Translations under genes and position numbers: made by a program
Sequence record: MW250785
Length of the DNA: 64,000 nucleotides
Source: Escherichia phage UPEC03
Strand: one strand, 5' to 3'
Notes under the pieces: generated by a model
What the model was told of the DNA's origin: nothing
Database searches by the model: none
What the model saw: the letters and a program-made list of their open reading frames with translations, nothing else
Shown: piece by piece, positions 60,385 through 64,000 of the stretch
How positions within the stretch are numbered: the stretch's first letter is position 1
How the letters are laid out: every line of letters starts with the position of its first letter

Positions 60385-61239
60385 TTAATATCTGTTCCAA
60401 ACTTTCTTCGCGCTGTATGGTTTTCCTTTGGACTGGAAAGCCTGTGTAGGCAACCAAACTGCTTTCGCCCAATCTTTTGGGGCGATCTCTGCAAGTGGTG
60501 AACGTAGATGGGCTGGCAGATAGGCTTTGATCATTTGATCAGCCCCGCGCATTCCCTTCACGTTGTTCCAGTTGATTTTCAGTCTGGTTTTGTTAGAAAG
60601 TCGATCTGTTGATCCGTAGCCACGTTTCAGGAGTTCTTCTAAAAACTCTTGACGTGCTCGCGGTGGCGCATAGTGCAAGTTCAGCCCGTAAAGAACCAAG
60701 TTACCCGCTTTCGAACGTCCTGAACCCAGGAAAATGATCAGCGGGAACCGATCCCAGTATGGCAGGGTGTCTTTGTATTTCGCATCGTAGATGAACGTAT
60801 ACAAACGACCCGTTGCTGGTTTCGCAACCCTGTGCGTCTTAATGCTGGTTTTGATGAAATCACCAAACCAATCGGTCGAATCTTTCTGACGTTTCGCAGC
60901 GGTTACACCAACAGTCATTTTCTTCAAACTGTTGCGGAAATCGTTTACGATATCAACCGCGTGTTTTTTGCGATAATCATTACGTTTGCGTCGGGCTTCG
61001 GTTTCTGCTTTACGGCGTTCGATTTCATCATCAATCTGCTGCTTATAGCGGTGCATAGACTTTGTGAACGTTGCGTATGCAATCCCGTTTTCGTCCGCGA
61101 ACTTTTTGGCTGTCATGCCTTTTAATTTTGCGCGTCGGAATTTGATACCAAGTTCAACCCATTCACCCAGCTTTCGCTTCGGTGGTGGTTTTGGCTTGTC
61201 TTCTTCTGCGATGATCTCGAACTCAAAAATAAAACTCAT
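60385..61239 (-). CDS. 2: DNA end-protector protein (gp2-like), by synteny
   Basis: 284-aa basic ORF between the gp4-like and gp3-like genes; size matches T4 gp2. Confidence 0.5.
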   Translation of the reverse strand: MSFIFEFEIIAEEDKPKPPPKRKLGEWVELGIKFRRAKLKGMTAKKFADENGIAYATFTKSMHRYKQQIDDEIERRKAETEARRKRNDYRKKHAVDIVNDFRNSLKKMTVGVTAAKRQKDSTDWFGDFIKTSIKTHRVAKPATGRLYTFIYDAKYKDTLPYWDRFPLIIFLGSGRSKAGNLVLYGLNLHYAPPRARQEFLEELLKRGYGSTDRLSNKTRLKINWNNVKGMRGADQMIKAYLPAHLRSPLAEIAPKDWAKAVWLPTQAFQSKGKPYSAKKVWNRY

Positions 61240-61260
61240 AATTCCCTCCGTTTAGGGTAT

Positions 61261-61728
61261 TTATTGCCCTTTCCATCCGAACACACGTTTCAATGTGTCC
61301 TCTGTGATGATCTTGAACTCCCAGCCCTTTTGTTTTGCTGCTGCATTCGCGGCTTTCCATTTGTCAATGTTTACTGCATACGTATACAGTGCATCAACGA
61401 ATTTCTTTTTGTTGTGAACGTTGTTGTTCGCTGGCTTAGGTGGGGGCAACGTTTCTTTCATCGGTTTGACTTCCCAAAGGTAGGTCACTCCATTATCCAT
61501 TTCGACATAGAAATCCATGAAGTAACGCCGTCGCTTTCCGTCTGCGTTGCTGAAATAAGGGATCACAACGCATTCTGAATTCCACCTCTTTACGTGGGGA
61601 TTTCGGTCTAACCAATTCATTATATATTTTTCCCATGAAGAACGATATGTTATTTTTCTGGGATCTCCTTTATACTTTTCTATCTGTTGTGGCATAAAGG
61701 AACCTTTGTATGTCTGTCTTCCAGTCAT
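61261..61728 (-). CDS. 4: head completion protein (gp4-like), by synteny
   Basis: 155-aa ORF upstream of the gp2-like gene; size matches T4 gp4. Confidence 0.5.
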   Translation of the reverse strand: MTGRQTYKGSFMPQQIEKYKGDPRKITYRSSWEKYIMNWLDRNPHVKRWNSECVVIPYFSNADGKRRRYFMDFYVEMDNGVTYLWEVKPMKETLPPPKPANNNVHNKKKFVDALYTYAVNIDKWKAANAAAKQKGWEFKIITEDTLKRVFGWKGQ

Positions 61729-62396
61729 TATTTCACCTTACAATTATCAAAATGCCACCTATACATTGCTCTGGGGTTTCCTTCTTTTCCGCAATGTGGA
61801 CATATTACAGGTTTCGTGTTTTTAGCTGAGTCGCGCATCTTTTGTTTTGCTTCTTCGCTAATAATTCTTCCTGTTAACGAAGCGCTAAGGTTATCTCTAT
61901 GCTCTTTAGAACGGTTTGACGCAACTCTACTCATTTTTTGTTTGAATTCATCACTTCTCTTTATTCCGGTCATCCCTTCGGAAATACTTTTCTTGTGTGC
62001 TTCTGATAGCGGTTTCCCTTTTATTGATTCTCGTCTTTTTCGTTTCCAATCATCGCTACGTGGTGGGTGTTTAGTCCCTATAGAATTGATTCGATTTTGT
62101 TCGGCTACTTTCTCTCTGATCCATCCGTAAGTTCGAGAAGTCATTCTTCCAGAATGAAATCTTGATGCCATTGACATCATCTTACACGCGTATATAAGTT
62201 TTCCGTTTGTTGGGTACATTTTGACGAGTAGTTGATGGGCGAGATAGTGTTCTTCGGCAGTGAGACAAACGATATTTTCGGGTTCGTCCATTCCTCCCAT
62301 ACACCGAGGGATGATGTGATGGTTTTCTGAATACCCGCTTATAGTTCTTGATTGTGCTCTTTTGATAAGAAGTTCATAGTGTTTGCGGTAATTCAT
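61728..62396 (-). CDS. HNH homing endonuclease (Mob-like family)
   Basis: HNH motif ENHHIIPRCMGGMDEPENIVCLTAEEHYLAH; C-terminal CPHCG; paralogous to ORF 33162..33920; sits between genes 4 and 53. Confidence 0.7.
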   Translation of the reverse strand: MNYRKHYELLIKRAQSRTISGYSENHHIIPRCMGGMDEPENIVCLTAEEHYLAHQLLVKMYPTNGKLIYACKMMSMASRFHSGRMTSRTYGWIREKVAEQNRINSIGTKHPPRSDDWKRKRRESIKGKPLSEAHKKSISEGMTGIKRSDEFKQKMSRVASNRSKEHRDNLSASLTGRIISEEAKQKMRDSAKNTKPVICPHCGKEGNPRAMYRWHFDNCKVK

Positions 62397-62443
62397 GCGT
62401 ATTCCCTAAATAGTAGTAATATTCATATTTAGGAGAAGCCATC

Positions 62444-62998
62444 GTGTTGTTCTCATTCTTTCCACCAGTTGATTACAAAGGCACACCAACTACTGATATC
62501 TACCGCGATTATCGTTTTTACTTTAACCGCGTGATCAGGAATTATAAGCCGCGTACATATCAACTGACAGGTTCATTAAGACCCGAACAATTAGCGGAAA
62601 CGCTATACGGAAACCAGCAATACTACTGGGTTATCCTGATGCTTAACGATAATTACGATCCGTTTTACGGATGGATTACCGATCAGGAAACGGCTTATCA
62701 ATGCGCTATCCAGCGTTATTCAAAAGCAGGTGGTGAACAGGTTCTTTATCATATGGATGGTAAGGGCAACCGTTATTACAATTTGGTTGAAGACCCTACG
62801 AATCCCGGTCATTGGTATGACAAAGGCGATAAGAACATGCGTTATTTGCAGTACCAGGGAACATTAGTCCCTGTAGATATTTATGAAGATGCGGTGCTTC
62901 AAAATGAAGCAAAACGAACCATCAAGATTATTAACCCCTCTGATATTCAATCATTTGTAAGTGATTATATCAAGGAAATGGAAAAGGCAAACCTATGA
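62444..62998 (+). CDS. 53: baseplate wedge subunit (gp53-like), by synteny
   Basis: 184-aa ORF with GTG start and RBS aggag; ATGA-coupled to gene 5. Confidence 0.5.
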   Translation: MLFSFFPPVDYKGTPTTDIYRDYRFYFNRVIRNYKPRTYQLTGSLRPEQLAETLYGNQQYYWVILMLNDNYDPFYGWITDQETAYQCAIQRYSKAGGEQVLYHMDGKGNRYYNLVEDPTNPGHWYDKGDKNMRYLQYQGTLVPVDIYEDAVLQNEAKRTIKIINPSDIQSFVSDYIKEMEKANL

Positions 62999-64000
62999 AA
63001 TACGGTGGAAATAAATACTCCCCTTTCTTTGAGGGGGTGGTCGAAGAAGTCGATGATCCTCGTCTATTGGGGCGTGTTCAGGTGCGTGTATTCGGTGAGC
63101 ATCCGGCACAGAAACAAAAATCTGAAACTATCGGTATTCCGGTTGAGGAATTGCCGTGGATGATGCCTATTCAGGATATTCGCAGCGCCGCTATTTCTGG
63201 TGTTGGTTTTTCCCCGACTGGTATCACGCGCGGTAGTTTCGTTATCGGTTACTGGCGCGATAAATGGCACCAGGACGGCGTTATACTGGGAACCTTTGCG
63301 GGTGAGTACCGAGAGAAGCCGGACACCCAGAAAGGCTTCTGTGACCCGTTTGGTGAGTATCCTCGTTATGTAGGTAACGATGTCAACGTACTGGCTCGCG
63401 GTGGCGCAGAGGGGCGCGGTTCTTCAAGCGTGATTATTCGTGATGCTAACAGTTCGTTAGCTGTCAATCCAGATGATCGCCCACTTGACGAGATCCCAGA
63501 AGATAACCGACCTGATACTGGTGGGTTTACGATAGAAAAAATGATCCGTGGTGATGAAGGTATTAGATTGACGTGGTATTATGATGTTAAAGGTTATACC
63601 ATCGGGATCGGGCACTTTTTCTTAACCGCACCACAAGGAACAGACCCAGCAGTTGTTAACGCTGCGTTATCTAAACAAATTGGCAGAACGGTTACTGGTG
63701 TTCCTGGATCAATCACTGCTGATGAAGCGAGTGTTTTATTTCAGCAGGATTTAGCTAAAGTTCATAACGATATTCAGAATAATAGCAAAGTTCGCGAAGT
63801 GTATGTGACGTTAAACCGTCCTCGTCAAATGGCTATTGAAAATATGTGCTTCCAGATGGGTGTTGGTGGTGTCGCCAAATTTACGAATGCTCTGGCTGCT
63901 ATGAAGCGTCAGGACTGGCAAACCGCTTACAACGAACTGCGAAACTCTACATGGGCTAACCAGACGCCAGGACGTTCTTCACGCGTATCTAAAATCGTTC
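62995..64000 (+). CDS. 5: baseplate hub subunit with tail lysozyme (gp5-like), 3' end outside window
   Basis: ORF open to window end; N-terminus MKYGGNKYSPFFEGVVEEVDDP...RVQVRVFG (OB-fold-like) and later lysozyme-like region. Confidence 0.7.
   Translation, partial: MKYGGNKYSPFFEGVVEEVDDPRLLGRVQVRVFGEHPAQKQKSETIGIPVEELPWMMPIQDIRSAAISGVGFSPTGITRGSFVIGYWRDKWHQDGVILGTFAGEYREKPDTQKGFCDPFGEYPRYVGNDVNVLARGGAEGRGSSSVIIRDANSSLAVNPDDRPLDEIPEDNRPDTGGFTIEKMIRGDEGIRLTWYYDVKGYTIGIGHFFLTAPQGTDPAVVNAALSKQIGRTVTGVPGSITADEASVLFQQDLAKVHNDIQNNSKVREVYVTLNRPRQMAIENMCFQMGVGGVAKFTNALAAMKRQDWQTAYNELRNSTWANQTPGRSSRVSKIV

Noticed and set aside
59925-60494. 189-aa minus-strand ORF antisense to the internal-protein-like gene
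   Set aside because: Low-complexity translation, no RBS, and it crosses a terminator hairpin.
1-64000. Prophage or integrative element signatures (integrase, attachment sites, rRNA)
   Set aside because: None seen; gene content is that of a lytic T4-like virion genome.

Overview
The window reads as a T4-like (Tevenvirinae-type) myovirus genome segment from an enterobacterial host; most calls rest on motifs and remembered T4 homologues, not on searches. Left arm (+ strand, 1-16 kb) is an early nucleotide-metabolism/repair block in T4-like order: nrdA (5'-partial), nrdB (no intron), denA, rnlA, spanin pair, pseT, cd, gene 31, two tRNAs, a GrcA-like glycyl-radical protein, a NADAR protein, an HNH-AP2 homing endonuclease and DNA ligase (30). 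16-23 kb is a baseplate module (27 on the minus strand; 28-like, 29, 48, 54, 51-like, 26-like, 25 on plus). 23-57 kb is a dense minus-strand accessory block of about 90 mostly small, often ATGA-coupled ORFs. It is punctuated by a repeated stem-loop/promoter cassette and carries a vWA protein, two paralogues with an identical N-terminal 16-aa peptide, a C5 cytosine methyltransferase, homing endonucleases, a pol-beta nucleotidyltransferase, NMNAT-Nudix, macro and Nudix proteins, tk, PIN-PhoH, an M15 endolysin, a radical-SAM-like protein and a DUF262 protein. The right end (57-64 kb) holds 57B, 57A, 1, 3, an internal-protein-like gene, 2, 4, an HNH endonuclease, 53 and the start of 5. No rRNA, CRISPR array or integrase was seen.
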